Shown piece after piece: positions 28,662 to 39,206 of a stretch of DNA of 64,000 bases (positions are counted from its first letter, which is position 1; every line of letters begins with the position of its first letter). The stretch is from Actinomycetota bacterium (GTDB taxonomy: Bacteria > Actinomycetota > UBA4738 > HRBIN12), in assembly GCA_035463115.1 (NCBI GenBank), contig DATHTO010000090.1:8126-72125 (forward strand). Reading direction: 5' to 3'. The translations under genes were made by a program, and so were the position numbers. Below the pieces are notes generated by a model that was given only the letters and a program-made list of their open reading frames with translations, did not search any database and was not told the origin of the DNA.

Positions 28662-31645
28662 GCCGGCGCCTCCAGTGTGTCTGGCTGTGTGTCTGGCTGC
28701 CGGTCGGGCGCGCCTCGGCGCACGACCTCGATCGGGAACACCGGCTGGCCTTCGGGGTACAGCGGGCACAGCGTCTGGAAGTCGCAGAATCGGCAGTTCG
28801 CGTACGGGTTCGGGCGGAACGACTCGCTCGCGTTCAGCTGCTTCTTGCGCTCGATCAGGGTGGACAGACGCTCGCGCATCTCGGCCTCCCACCCTTCCTC
28901 GTCGCGGTCGTGGATCGGCAGCTTGCGGAAGTCGATGCGCGTGTTCTTCCAGTTCCCACGGAGGAACGCGAGCTCGACCTGGTCGACGGGCTGGTGCTGG
29001 GCGAGCGCTTCGGATTCCTTCACGGCGAGGTAGTAGATGCCGAGCTGCAGGCTCTCGTGCGGATCGCCGGCACGGTCGCTCTTGCCGGTCTTGAAGTCGG
29101 TGATCACGCTGCCGCCGCGCACCGAGGGGCCGATCCGGTCGATGTAGCCGAGGACGGTGACGCCTTCGTACTCGAACTCGAAGTACTCCTCGATGCCGGT
29201 CGCGGGTCGCTCCGCGTACGTCTCGAACCAGTTGCGGAGCATGTGCTCGCGGGCGAGCTTCTGGAAGGCCTTCGACACGGCGAGCGACGGGAACTCCTGC
29301 GGGCGCCAGCGGGCCTCGAGCGCCTCGACCATCGCGCGGGGCTCCTTGGGGATCAGCCCGCGTTCGACCTCCTCGATCACCCGGTGGACCGTCTTGCCGA
29401 CCCAGGCGTGGTAGCCACCCGGCCTGCCGAGGCCGAGCTCGTCGCCGAGCAGGTGCATCAGCTCACATGCCTCGACGTTCGACAACCGGGAGTACGACAC
29501 CCGCGTGGTCTCGTGCAGGGGACGTCCCGTGTCGGTCCAGTCACGCTGGAACCACCACCGGCTCGGATCCACTCCGAGCGCGACGAGCCCGTCGAGCGCC
29601 GCGAGCCTGCGCCATGCCGGGAGGCTCGGATCCGCGAGCTGCCGACGCCAGGTCGCGGCGGCCTCGCGTGTCGACACCGGCTCGTCGAACGGCCCGCCGG
29701 GTGCGTCGTCCCACTTCACGTCGAGCTCATCGACGAACCGCGACCGAGACGAGAGCTCGTCGCCGCCGTGGGCATCGGGATGCGCGTCGTAGCACGCGAG
29801 CACGACGCGGCGGCGGGCCCGGCCCAGCACCATGTGGAACAGACGACGCTCGTCCTCGAGTCGCTCGCGGGTGCGGGTGTTCCGAGAGATCGCGCCGTCG
29901 AGGACCGCGAGGTCGAACATCGGCTCGGGTCGCGTGAGGGACGGGAAGTTCCCCTCGACGGCGTCCGCGACGAGCACCGTGTCGAACTCCTGTCCGGCGG
30001 TTCCGTGGGCGGTGAGCACGCGGACGGCGTCGACGTCGCCGGTGTCCCACGCTGAGTAGCCGGGGCCGTGCTCGCCCGCGTCGAGGCCCTCGAGGAAGGC
30101 GATCACGCTGCGGTCGCCCTGCTCGCTCGCCTCGCTGACGACGTTCGCGAACGTCACGACCGTGTCGAGATCGCGGCGCGCGTCGGCGTCGGTCGTCGCG
30201 CGCTCGACCAGCCGGGCCGACGTCGGAAGCTCCTCCCACAGCACCTTGAACGCGTCCTGCACGGACATGCCCGCGTACAGCGAGGCCTTCGCGAGCACGG
30301 CGCGAGACGTCTCGACCTTCGCGGCCTCGTCGGGCGGGAGCCCCTCGTCGACGTCGAGCGCCTGCCCGATCGAGCCCTTCGTCGTCTTGGCGCCGCGCAG
30401 GAGCCCTCGCGCCGCGGCCGGCGAGAGCCCGACGACGTCGGAGGTGAGCAGTTGCTCGACGAGCTCCTCGCGCCGGGGCTCGTCGGCGACCAGCCATCGG
30501 AGCGCCAGCACGTAGGGGAACGTCGCCGGCTCGGAACCGAGCGACAGCCCCCGTTCGGGCACCACCCGCGGGACGCGGGCGTCGTCGAGCGCCCGCAGCA
30601 GCGAGCCGACGTGGTGACCCTGCCTCCGCACGACGACCGCGAGCTCGGACCACGGAACGCCGTCGTCGACGTGGAGCCGCCGCAGCTCGCGCGCGAGGGC
30701 GGCGTGTTCCTCGCTCGTGTGCGCGGCGACCCACGCGTCGACCACCGGCGGCTCGGGGGCGCGGTGGCACGTCGTGAGCCGGAGCGTCTCCGAGCCCGCG
30801 AACGTCTGCGCGAACCGATCGAGCGGCCCGCGAGACGTGCCTTGGAAGGAGAACACGTGGGCGTCAGGGTTCGCCGCCACGACGAGCGAGCCCGGCGGCT
30901 CGAGACCCGCGACGATCGCCTCGGCGGCGAGGGTGGTGTCTTGGTAGTCGTCGATCAAGAGGTGGTCGACGAGCGATGGACCGTCACCGGCGACCGCCGC
31001 GGCGCGCTGCAGGAGCATCGCGAAATCGACGACGCCGATGCCGTCCATCACCGACCCGTACTCGGCGAGGAACCTCGCGAGCTCGTCCCAACCGGTGAGA
31101 CCGCGGCTCGAGGCGGCCGCCGCGATGTCCTCGGGCGTCCGCAGGGCCTCTTGGGCTCGCAGCAGGAACTGGCGGACCTCGTCGGCGAATCCCCGCATGC
31201 CCAGGAGATGCCCGTACGCGGGCCACTGCGCGCGATCTTGACCCTCGAGGAGCTCTCGAACCTTCGCGAACTGCTCGGCGGCGGACAGGACCTGCGGCGG
31301 CTGGTCGTACCCGAGGAGCGCGAACCGCTCCTTGAGGATCCGGTTCGCGAGGCCGTGGATCGTCACCACCTGGAGGCCGGGGAGCGAGGAGGCGAGCCGA
31401 CCCAGCCGCCAGGCGCGCGCGCGGGCGCGCGCGCGCCCGGAACCCACCACGAGGACGACCCGTTCCGGGTCGTCCACGGTCTCGACCAGCATGGCGAAGC
31501 GCTCGAGCAACGCGGTGGTCTTGCCGGTTCCGGCGTCGCCCGTGACGAGCAGCGGCCCGGCGCCGTGGTCGAGCACCCGCGCCTGCTCGGCGTCGGGGAT
31601 GAGGGGGGCCGTCACGGGGTCGATGGTAGTCGTGGGTGACGACAC
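28658..31645 (-). CDS. adnA: AdnA-like helicase-nuclease subunit (UvrD-like motor + RecB-family nuclease)
   Basis: 995 aa. Walker A GDAGTGKTT, DDYQDTT. C-terminal PD-(D/E)XK region (ITDFKTGK) and CRFCDFQTLCP. Confidence 0.85.
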   Translation of the reverse strand: MSSPTTTIDPVTAPLIPDAEQARVLDHGAGPLLVTGDAGTGKTTALLERFAMLVETVDDPERVVLVVGSGRARARARAWRLGRLASSLPGLQVVTIHGLANRILKERFALLGYDQPPQVLSAAEQFAKVRELLEGQDRAQWPAYGHLLGMRGFADEVRQFLLRAQEALRTPEDIAAAASSRGLTGWDELARFLAEYGSVMDGIGVVDFAMLLQRAAAVAGDGPSLVDHLLIDDYQDTTLAAEAIVAGLEPPGSLVVAANPDAHVFSFQGTSRGPLDRFAQTFAGSETLRLTTCHRAPEPPVVDAWVAAHTSEEHAALARELRRLHVDDGVPWSELAVVVRRQGHHVGSLLRALDDARVPRVVPERGLSLGSEPATFPYVLALRWLVADEPRREELVEQLLTSDVVGLSPAAARGLLRGAKTTKGSIGQALDVDEGLPPDEAAKVETSRAVLAKASLYAGMSVQDAFKVLWEELPTSARLVERATTDADARRDLDTVVTFANVVSEASEQGDRSVIAFLEGLDAGEHGPGYSAWDTGDVDAVRVLTAHGTAGQEFDTVLVADAVEGNFPSLTRPEPMFDLAVLDGAISRNTRTRERLEDERRLFHMVLGRARRRVVLACYDAHPDAHGGDELSSRSRFVDELDVKWDDAPGGPFDEPVSTREAAATWRRQLADPSLPAWRRLAALDGLVALGVDPSRWWFQRDWTDTGRPLHETTRVSYSRLSNVEACELMHLLGDELGLGRPGGYHAWVGKTVHRVIEEVERGLIPKEPRAMVEALEARWRPQEFPSLAVSKAFQKLAREHMLRNWFETYAERPATGIEEYFEFEYEGVTVLGYIDRIGPSVRGGSVITDFKTGKSDRAGDPHESLQLGIYYLAVKESEALAQHQPVDQVELAFLRGNWKNTRIDFRKLPIHDRDEEGWEAEMRERLSTLIERKKQLNASESFRPNPYANCRFCDFQTLCPLYPEGQPVFPIEVVRRGAPDRQPDTQPDTLEAPA

Positions 31646-31699
31646 CGCAGCTCAGCGCACGCCGACGCGGACGGTCGCTCCGTGGCGGAGCGTCCGGTT

Positions 31700-32893
31700 C
31701 TAGAGATCGGGCCGCGGCGGAAGCGGAACGGCGTTGTCCCCGGCGGTCGGTGACGTGGTGGGGGTCGTCGCCGCCGGGGCGGTCTCGTCCTCGTCGTCGC
31801 TCACGCCCTCGAACCGACGTCCGTACCACCGCTCGATGTCCCGTCCCGAGATGGCGCCGACGAGGCGACCGTCGTCGAGGACGAGGCCGTGCCGCCCACC
31901 GACCCATTCCAGCGCGTCGTCGAGCTTCTCGTCCGGTGCGACGGTCGGCGTCTCGGCGAGCGTCGACATCCCGTCGCGCACGGGGCGCATCGGATCTCGA
32001 GCGCCGACCTTCCGGGCCGAGTCCATCGACACGGTGCCGATCACCCGGTCCCCCTCGACGACGGGGAACGCCTTGCCGTCGGCGCCGCGGAGGTGCCGGT
32101 CGAGGGCGTCGACCAGCGGGGTGGTGGCCGGGATGGTGGGGGGCGGGGGACGCATCACGTCGCGCACGGTTCCCTGCGAGAGCCGGTCGCGCAGGGCGAT
32201 GCGCTCGTCCATCGAGCGGCCCGTCGTGATCATCAGGAACGCGAGGTACCCGAGGATGAACCACCAGTCGTTCTGGTTCGTGAACGCGATGATCGCGAGG
32301 CCCGCTGCGACCGCGCCGAGACCCAGGCCGACGTAGCCGACGACGCGCAGTCCGGTGCGGCGCGAGCCGCTCACGCCCCAGGCCGTCGCGAGGAGCATGC
32401 GTCCGCCGTCGAGCGGGAACCCGGGGATCGCGTTCAGGCCGGCGAAGAACAGGTTCAGCCGCGCCAGGTCACGCACGATCGCGCCCATCAATCCGTCGAG
32501 CTGCTGGCCGACGACGAAGAACACGCCGGCGAGCACCAGCGTGCTCGCCGGCCCGACGAACGCGACCAGGAACTCCGCCCCGGGTCCCTTCGAGCTCGCC
32601 TTCGCCTCGGTGGCGCCTCCCCAGAACACGAGGGTGATCGCCGCCACCGGGATGTCCTGCAGGCGCGCCGCGACGGCGTGGGCGGCCTCGTGGATCACCA
32701 CGCCGCCGAAGAACAGGAGCGCGCCGAACACCGCGAGGGCGAACGCCTCGGCGTCGCTCGGCGCGACCGACGAGTTCTGGAGCCGGAGGAACTGCAGGTA
32801 GACGTAGAGACCCGCGATGACGAGCCACGAGGTCCCCACGTAGAACGGGATCCCCGCGACCGTGGCGACGCGGTAGCGCTTCCCTCCACCCAT
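31700..32893 (-). CDS. M50 site-2 protease family metalloprotease with tandem CBS domains
   Basis: 397 aa. HEAAHAV zinc motif within TM segments. NAIPGFPLDGG. C-terminal CBS pair. Confidence 0.85.
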   Translation of the reverse strand: MGGGKRYRVATVAGIPFYVGTSWLVIAGLYVYLQFLRLQNSSVAPSDAEAFALAVFGALLFFGGVVIHEAAHAVAARLQDIPVAAITLVFWGGATEAKASSKGPGAEFLVAFVGPASTLVLAGVFFVVGQQLDGLMGAIVRDLARLNLFFAGLNAIPGFPLDGGRMLLATAWGVSGSRRTGLRVVGYVGLGLGAVAAGLAIIAFTNQNDWWFILGYLAFLMITTGRSMDERIALRDRLSQGTVRDVMRPPPPTIPATTPLVDALDRHLRGADGKAFPVVEGDRVIGTVSMDSARKVGARDPMRPVRDGMSTLAETPTVAPDEKLDDALEWVGGRHGLVLDDGRLVGAISGRDIERWYGRRFEGVSDDEDETAPAATTPTTSPTAGDNAVPLPPRPDL

Positions 32894-32953
32894 CTTCCGA
32901 GCCTACCCCGAGGCCCGGGAACAGCCGCCGTCCCGAGGGGCTTGCCGCTCCGG

Positions 32954-33505
32954 ATGAACGGAACCGATGCTTCGGGCGTTCATGACGAGATGGATGGAGC
33001 AGCGGCCGTGACCGCCGCGGATCCGCCGAGGTCGTTCGAGTCCTTCTTCGACGACGAACGGAAGCGACTCCTGCGGGCGTTGTTCCTGCTGACCGGCAAC
33101 GCCGAAGAGGCGGAAGAGATCCTGCAGGACGCCTTCCTCGCCCTCTGGGAGCGATGGGACCGCGTGGCGGCGATGGACGACCCGACCGGCTACCTGTACC
33201 GAACGGCGATGAACCGACATCGGAGCCTCGCACGGCGCACGGCGCGCGCCGCTCGCCGCACGATCGGCCAAGCGCACGGCGGCGACCTGTTCGCCGAGGC
33301 CGACGAGCGAGACGCGGTGGCGAGGGCGCTCGCGAGGCTGACGCCCCGCAGGCGCCAGGCCGTGGTCCTCATGGAGCTGCTCGGGTACAGCTCCGTCGAG
33401 GCCTCTCGGGTGATGCGGGTCAGCGATGCGACGGTTCGCCGCCTCGCGCAGGACGCGCGGGCCGCGCTGCGTGCGGTGCTCGAGGGAGACGACGACGATG
33501 GATGA
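32954..33505 (+). CDS. ECF-type RNA polymerase sigma-70 family factor
   Basis: In-frame ATG 32954. Region 2 (AEEILQDAFLALWERW...YLYRTAMN) and region 4 HTH (GYSSVEASRVMRVSDATVRRLAQDAR). Confidence 0.85.
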   Translation: MNGTDASGVHDEMDGAAAVTAADPPRSFESFFDDERKRLLRALFLLTGNAEEAEEILQDAFLALWERWDRVAAMDDPTGYLYRTAMNRHRSLARRTARAARRTIGQAHGGDLFAEADERDAVARALARLTPRRRQAVVLMELLGYSSVEASRVMRVSDATVRRLAQDARAALRAVLEGDDDDG

Positions 33506-34841
33506 GGATCTCCGGAACCACCTCGATCGGCTCGCGGATCGAACCGTCAGGGACCGCGACGACGATCCCATCGCTCGCCTCGACGGTGCTCGCCGACGGC
33601 GCGCCGCGAACCGCAGGATCGGCGCGCTGGTGCTGGCCCTCGCCGTCGCGATCGCCGGAACGGCCACCGCGATGACAGCCTTCGACGACGACGGCCACAC
33701 CCTCGCCAACGATCCGTCACCGACCGGCGCCCCGGCATGGACGCCGCTCGACGTCCTGACGGTCTGGCCCGAGAACCCCGTGACGGCGCACGTGACCGAT
33801 CCCCGGACGATCCAACGGTGGGTCGATCGAGGCGACGCCGAGCTGCAGTGGCGCACCGATCCCGAAGAGGTCGTCCGGAGGTTCGCCGCGGTCGTGCTCG
33901 GCTGGAGCGACGTCACGGCGATCGCACGCGACGTCGAGGCGGTACCCACGGAAGGCGTCGCCGTGTTCGACATCACGCCGTGTCCACCCGCGAGCGTGTG
34001 CGATCTCGAAGGGCCAGCGCCGACGGTCTACCTCGTGCAACCTGCGAGCTCGGGAGTGGGCGGCATCTGGAGCGTGCAGCGCGTCAGAACCGACGGTCTC
34101 TGGATCCGGTTCCAGAGGTGGAACGATCCGTCGCTCTCGGCGGGCCGGCAGCTCGCGTTCGAGGCCGAGCTGCCCGTCGGGACCGATGCGCACATCGGCG
34201 TCGTCGCGTCGAACGGCTGTCGGATCGTCCAGGCCTTCGATCCCGGTCGCTCATCCGGTACGTCGTTCCTCGAGGTGCCGACCACCTCCGTCGAGGATGG
34301 GTGCAGCGACGCGGCCGTGGGCTACGCGTTCACGTATGCGCAGGCGTCGACGACCGTCCCCGTGGGTGACCCGTTGCTCGAGTCGGCCGCGATCGATCCG
34401 CCCTACCTGACGATCGCTCCTGTCGTGATCGATCTGGCTCCGCCGGAGCCGATCCCGAGGCCGACGCCGGCATGCGCAGCAGCCTCGCTCGGTCGCGTCG
34501 AGGTCCACATGCACGAGCTCGAGCTCATCACGTGTTCCAGATGGCCCGCCGAGACGCCGATCGAGCTGCGCTATCGGAGCTACGACCCCGAGATCCCGTA
34601 CGGGCTCGCGTTGTACCCCGAGGCGTCGTGCGACGGATCGGGGTGTGACAGAGGCGCATCGCTATGGCAGGTCGGACCGTCCGTCCGTGTCGAGGCGGTG
34701 TACCGCGTGCCGGCTCTCGAGCCGGGCGGGTACCTCTTGGTCGACCCGGTCCATCCCGTGACGACGTTCGCCGAGATCGACGTCCGATACGACGCGCAAG
34801 CGCACAGGTTCACGGGCCGCGCAACCGCAGCGTCCGCTTAG
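33498..34841 (+). CDS. single-pass membrane protein, putative anti-sigma factor with large extracytoplasmic domain
   Basis: ATG 33498 overlaps the sigma stop by 8 nt (ATGGATGA). Short cytoplasmic N-terminus, one TM (IGALVLALAVAIAGTATAM), about 380 aa outside. The role is inferred from position only. Confidence 0.55.
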   Translation: MDEDLRNHLDRLADRTVRDRDDDPIARLDGARRRRAANRRIGALVLALAVAIAGTATAMTAFDDDGHTLANDPSPTGAPAWTPLDVLTVWPENPVTAHVTDPRTIQRWVDRGDAELQWRTDPEEVVRRFAAVVLGWSDVTAIARDVEAVPTEGVAVFDITPCPPASVCDLEGPAPTVYLVQPASSGVGGIWSVQRVRTDGLWIRFQRWNDPSLSAGRQLAFEAELPVGTDAHIGVVASNGCRIVQAFDPGRSSGTSFLEVPTTSVEDGCSDAAVGYAFTYAQASTTVPVGDPLLESAAIDPPYLTIAPVVIDLAPPEPIPRPTPACAAASLGRVEVHMHELELITCSRWPAETPIELRYRSYDPEIPYGLALYPEASCDGSGCDRGASLWQVGPSVRVEAVYRVPALEPGGYLLVDPVHPVTTFAEIDVRYDAQAHRFTGRATAASA

Positions 34842-34842
34842 C

Positions 34843-36279
34843 GTGGAAGGCGTGGCTCCTTCCGTCGCCGTCGTGCTGTTCACGCGTGACCTCCGGGTGC
34901 ACGACCATCCGGCGCTGACCGCGGCGGTGAGCTCCGCCGAGCGGGTGGTTCCGTTGTTCGTGCTCGACCTCGCTCTCGTCGGGCGGTCGCCCAACCGGGA
35001 GCGGTTCCTCCTCGAGTCGCTCGCCGAACTCCATCGCGCGCTCACCCATCTCGGCGGCGGTCTCCTCGTCCGTGAGGGAACGCCCGTCCGCGTCGTGCTC
35101 GACGTCGTCGCGGCCACCGGCGCGACATCCGTCCACCTGACGAGCGACACGACCGCATACGCCGCGCGCCGTGCGTCGCTCCTCCGCGACGCGCTCGCCA
35201 CGCACGGCGCCGAGCTGCACGTCCATCCCGGCAACGCCGTGGGCGAGCCCGGCGAGGTCGCCCCGCCGGAGAAGGCCTCGTACGCGGTGTTCTCCCCGTA
35301 CCACCGCGCGTGGGCGGCCGTCGCACGTCCCACCGTCCTCGACCCGCCCGACAGGATCACGCTCCCCGACGACGTCGACGCCACCGGTCCTCCTGGGGCC
35401 GATCGCGTCCGACCCGAGTCGATCGATCTTCCGCCGGGAGGGGAGAAGGCAGCGCGCCGACACGTCGACGCGTACCTGGCCGCCGACGTCCAGCGCTACG
35501 GCGAGCTCCGCAACGACCTCGCCGCCGACGCCACGAGCCGCTTCTCGCCGTACCTGCGTTTCGGGTGCATCTCGGCGAACGAGCTCGTGCATCGCCTCGC
35601 CGGACTCGGCGGCACCGACGAGCTGATCCGTCAGCTGGCGTGGCGCGACTTCTACGGGCAGCTCCTGGCGGCCGACCCGTCGCTCACCCATCGGCCGCTC
35701 CGCGAGGCTCCGGGCGACGTACCCGAGCCACCCGCGAAGGAGGACGAGATCCTCGCCCGGTGGGAGGAAGGCCGCACCGGCATCCCGCTCGTCGACGCGG
35801 GGATGCGTCAGCTGCGCCGCGAGGGATGGATCCACAACCGCGCGCGGATGGTCGTCGCGTCGTTCCTCACGCGCCGGCTCGGCGTTCCCTGGCAGCGCGG
35901 TTCCGATGTCTTCATGCGCTGGCTCGTCGACGGCGATCCCGCGAACAACGCCGGCGGATGGCAGTGGGTGGCGGGTACCGGCACCGACCCCCGCCGTTCC
36001 CGCTCCTTCAACCCTGTCCGTCAGGCCGAACGCTTCGATCCGGACGGCGCGTACATCGCGCGGTACGTCCGTGAGCTCGCCGACGTGCCCGTCCCGCTGC
36101 GCTTCGCTCCGTGGAAGGAGCCCACGACGCTGCGTGAGACGGGCTATCCGGCGCCGCTGATCGAGGTTCCGGCCGACGGAGTCGAACGGTCTGACCCGGG
36201 CGGACCTCCCTTCCACGCGGATGCGCCCGCGCGCCCGGGTCAGGCCTCTCTCTTCACGGAACGGAAGCGTCCGGCCTGA
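34843..36279 (+). CDS. phr: deoxyribodipyrimidine photolyase / cryptochrome family protein
   Basis: 478 aa. N-terminus VLFTRDLRVHDHPAL. FAD-binding block GWIHNRARMVVASFL...GDPANNAGGWQW. Confidence 0.9.
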   Translation: MEGVAPSVAVVLFTRDLRVHDHPALTAAVSSAERVVPLFVLDLALVGRSPNRERFLLESLAELHRALTHLGGGLLVREGTPVRVVLDVVAATGATSVHLTSDTTAYAARRASLLRDALATHGAELHVHPGNAVGEPGEVAPPEKASYAVFSPYHRAWAAVARPTVLDPPDRITLPDDVDATGPPGADRVRPESIDLPPGGEKAARRHVDAYLAADVQRYGELRNDLAADATSRFSPYLRFGCISANELVHRLAGLGGTDELIRQLAWRDFYGQLLAADPSLTHRPLREAPGDVPEPPAKEDEILARWEEGRTGIPLVDAGMRQLRREGWIHNRARMVVASFLTRRLGVPWQRGSDVFMRWLVDGDPANNAGGWQWVAGTGTDPRRSRSFNPVRQAERFDPDGAYIARYVRELADVPVPLRFAPWKEPTTLRETGYPAPLIEVPADGVERSDPGGPPFHADAPARPGQASLFTERKRPA

Positions 36280-39043
36280 TCGCGGCGCCTCGCGCGCGGA
36301 ACCGCTTCTCGACGGCGACCATCGGAACCACGCTCGCGCCCACGAGCACCGCGAACGCCATCTGGCGCAGCGAGATCGGGGCCGTGTCGAACACCGCCTG
36401 CATGAAGGGCGCGTAGACGAACCCGAGCTGCAGCACCGTGATCGCCGCGATGCCGAGGAGGACCGCGGGGTTCGAGAAGAACCCGACGCGGACGGAGCCA
36501 CGGAGCGTCCGGCTCTGCAGGAGGTAGAACACCTGGAACGCGATCACGGTCGTCACCGCCATCGTCTGCGCGTCGGCGATCGCGACCTCGTGGCCGACGC
36601 CGGCGTCGAGCTGCGTCCGGTACTCCCACCACGACACGGCCACCGCGCCCGCCGCCATCAGCGTCGCGACGAGCGCCGTGCGGGCCACGACGAACCTCGA
36701 CAGCGGCGAGGCGCCGGGCGTGCGGGGCGCGCGGCGCATCGCGTCGGGTTCGGCGACCTCGAACGCGAGCGGCACCGCCAACGCCACCGACGCGACGAGG
36801 TTGATCCAGAGGATCTGCGTCGGCTGGATCGGGAGCAGCAGCTCACCCGTGACGGCGTCGAACGGGAAGAACGCCACGGCGAACAGCAGGATCAAGGCGA
36901 GCCCCAGGTTCGTCGGCAGGATGAACGCGAGCGACTTCACGAGGTTGTCGAACACGCGTCGGCCTTCCTCCACCGCAGCCTCGATCGTCGCGAAGTTGTC
37001 GTCGGTGAGGACGACGTCCGCCGTCTCCTTCGTAACCGACGTTCCCGTGATCCCCATCGCGACGCCGATGTCGGCCTGCGCGAGCGCCGGCGCGTCGTTC
37101 GTCCCGTCGCCGGTCATCGCGACGACCTCGCTCCGTCGCTGGAGCGCTCGGACGAGCCGCAGCTTGTGTTCCGGCGCGACGCGGGCGAAGACGTCGGTCG
37201 TCGTCACGACGCGGTCGAGCTCGGCGTCGTCCATCGCGGCGAGCTCCGGACCGGTCACGGCCGTTCCGGAGAGACCGAGCTGACGGCCGATCGCCGTGGC
37301 GGTGGCCCCGTGGTCGCCCGTGATCATCTTCACGGTGATCCCGGCGTCGTGGCACGCCTGCACCGCGGCGATCGCCTCGGTCCGTGGGGGATCCATCATC
37401 GCGACGAGTCCGCCGAACCCGAGCCCGTCGAGATCTGCCACGGCGAGCGAGCCGCGGTCGGCCTTCCGCGTCCCGACCGCGAGGACCCGGAGCCCCTCGG
37501 CGGCCAGCCGCTCGACGTCCGCGAGCACCGCGTCCCGATCGACCTCCGTCCCGTCGCTCCACCTCGACGACCTCGCGAGGATCGCTTCGGGGGAACCCTT
37601 CACGACGATCCGCCTGCCGTCGTCGCCGTCGACGAGCGCCGCCATCAGCTGGAGGTCGGCGTCGAACGGCACCTCGGCGATCCGGGGCCACCGGCGTTCG
37701 AGCGCCGCGGCGTCGAGCCCGGCCTTCGCGCCGGCGACGACGATCGCGCCCTCCGTCGGGTCGCCGTTGATCGTCCAGCGCTCGTCGCGCCGCTCGAGCG
37801 TGGCATCGCTCGCGAGCATCGCGTCGCGGAGCAGGTTCAGCGTCGTGTTCGGGACCTCCGCCACCCGATCACGCTCGTCGGGAGCGCGGAACGCGCCGTC
37901 GGGTTCGTATCCGACGCCGTCCACGGCAAGCTCCGCGTCGTGCGTCACGATGCGGCGCACCGCCATCTCGTTCCGTGTCAGCGTGCCGGTCTTGTCGGAG
38001 CAGATCACGGTCGTGCTGCCGAGCGTCTCGATCGCGGGGAGCGAACGCACGATCGCGCGACGGTTGGCCATCCGACGCACGCCGATCGCGAGCGCCACCG
38101 TGACGATCGCGGGGAGACCTTCGGGGATCGCTCCGACGGCGAGCGAGATCGCGAAGATCGCGGAATCGGCGAGCCCTTCGGCGACGCTCGCTCCGCGATC
38201 GACCGCTCGGAACGTGCCCAACGCCAGCATCCCCACGGCGAGCACCAGCACCCCGATCGAGATCACGCGCCCGACGCGCCCGAGCGCCCGCGTCAGCGGC
38301 GTCTCCAGCTCGACGACGTCGTCGAGCATCGCCGAGACCTTGCCGAGCTCGGTGTCGGCACCTGTCGCCACCACGACGGCGGTCGCCGATCCCGTCGCGG
38401 CGAGCGTGCCGCCGAAGACCATCGACGTGCGATCGCCGAGGGGGTCGTCGGCTCCGACGGGATCCGTCGCCTTGCGCACCGGCACGGACTCGCCCGTCAG
38501 CGTCGCTTCGTCGACCGCGAGGTTCGACGCCGCGAGCAGTCGCACGTCGGCCGGTCCCTTGTCCCCCGCGGCGAGCCGCACGACGTCGCCCGGGACGAGC
38601 GTCGCCACGGGCACGCGCGACGCTCGGCCGTCCCGTACGACGGTCGTCTCCTCGGGGACCATCGCCGCCAAGGCCTCGATCGCCTTGCCGGCTCGGTACT
38701 CCTGCACGAACCCGACGATCGTGTTGAGCACGACCACCGCGGCGACGACGATCCCGTCGTCCACCTTTCCGAGCAGGAGCGCCAGCGCCGCCGCCCCGAT
38801 CAGCACCCAGATCAGCGGCTCGTCGATCTGACGCCACAACACCGTCCACGCGCGAGGGCCGCCGCGGCGCTCGATCGTGTTGGGTCCGATCGATCGCAGG
38901 CGGTCGGCGGCCTCCTCCGTGCTGAGGCCGTCGGTCGACGACTCGAGCCGAGCGAGCACCCGGTCGGCGGGTTCCGCATGCCACGGGAGCGGCGCGCTCG
39001 TGTCCCCGCGTGGTCCGGGCGGTTCGACTGTCGTCGTGGGCAT
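36254..39043 (-). CDS. cation-transporting P-type ATPase (P2-type, Ca/Mg-like)
   Basis: Start at ATG 39043 (MPTTTVEPP...). About 929 aa. [31 protein letters not shown]. About 10 TM segments. Confidence 0.9.
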   Translation of the reverse strand: MPTTTVEPPGPRGDTSAPLPWHAEPADRVLARLESSTDGLSTEEAADRLRSIGPNTIERRGGPRAWTVLWRQIDEPLIWVLIGAAALALLLGKVDDGIVVAAVVVLNTIVGFVQEYRAGKAIEALAAMVPEETTVVRDGRASRVPVATLVPGDVVRLAAGDKGPADVRLLAASNLAVDEATLTGESVPVRKATDPVGADDPLGDRTSMVFGGTLAATGSATAVVVATGADTELGKVSAMLDDVVELETPLTRALGRVGRVISIGVLVLAVGMLALGTFRAVDRGASVAEGLADSAIFAISLAVGAIPEGLPAIVTVALAIGVRRMANRRAIVRSLPAIETLGSTTVICSDKTGTLTRNEMAVRRIVTHDAELAVDGVGYEPDGAFRAPDERDRVAEVPNTTLNLLRDAMLASDATLERRDERWTINGDPTEGAIVVAGAKAGLDAAALERRWPRIAEVPFDADLQLMAALVDGDDGRRIVVKGSPEAILARSSRWSDGTEVDRDAVLADVERLAAEGLRVLAVGTRKADRGSLAVADLDGLGFGGLVAMMDPPRTEAIAAVQACHDAGITVKMITGDHGATATAIGRQLGLSGTAVTGPELAAMDDAELDRVVTTTDVFARVAPEHKLRLVRALQRRSEVVAMTGDGTNDAPALAQADIGVAMGITGTSVTKETADVVLTDDNFATIEAAVEEGRRVFDNLVKSLAFILPTNLGLALILLFAVAFFPFDAVTGELLLPIQPTQILWINLVASVALAVPLAFEVAEPDAMRRAPRTPGASPLSRFVVARTALVATLMAAGAVAVSWWEYRTQLDAGVGHEVAIADAQTMAVTTVIAFQVFYLLQSRTLRGSVRVGFFSNPAVLLGIAAITVLQLGFVYAPFMQAVFDTAPISLRQMAFAVLVGASVVPMVAVEKRFRARGAAIRPDASVP

Positions 39044-39206
39044 CGGTGGTCGTTCCCGGTCCTGTCTCGATGGTCGCCGTCGCTGGCAGAGCCAGCATGC
39101 GTGCGATGGGGCGAGGGAGGCAGCGGTCCCGGTCGGACGCGAACCCGTCCGGTGCTTGCCGACGCTCGGCAATCCCCTTCGGCGGCAGCGCGCGCGCCGT
39201 CGTCGC

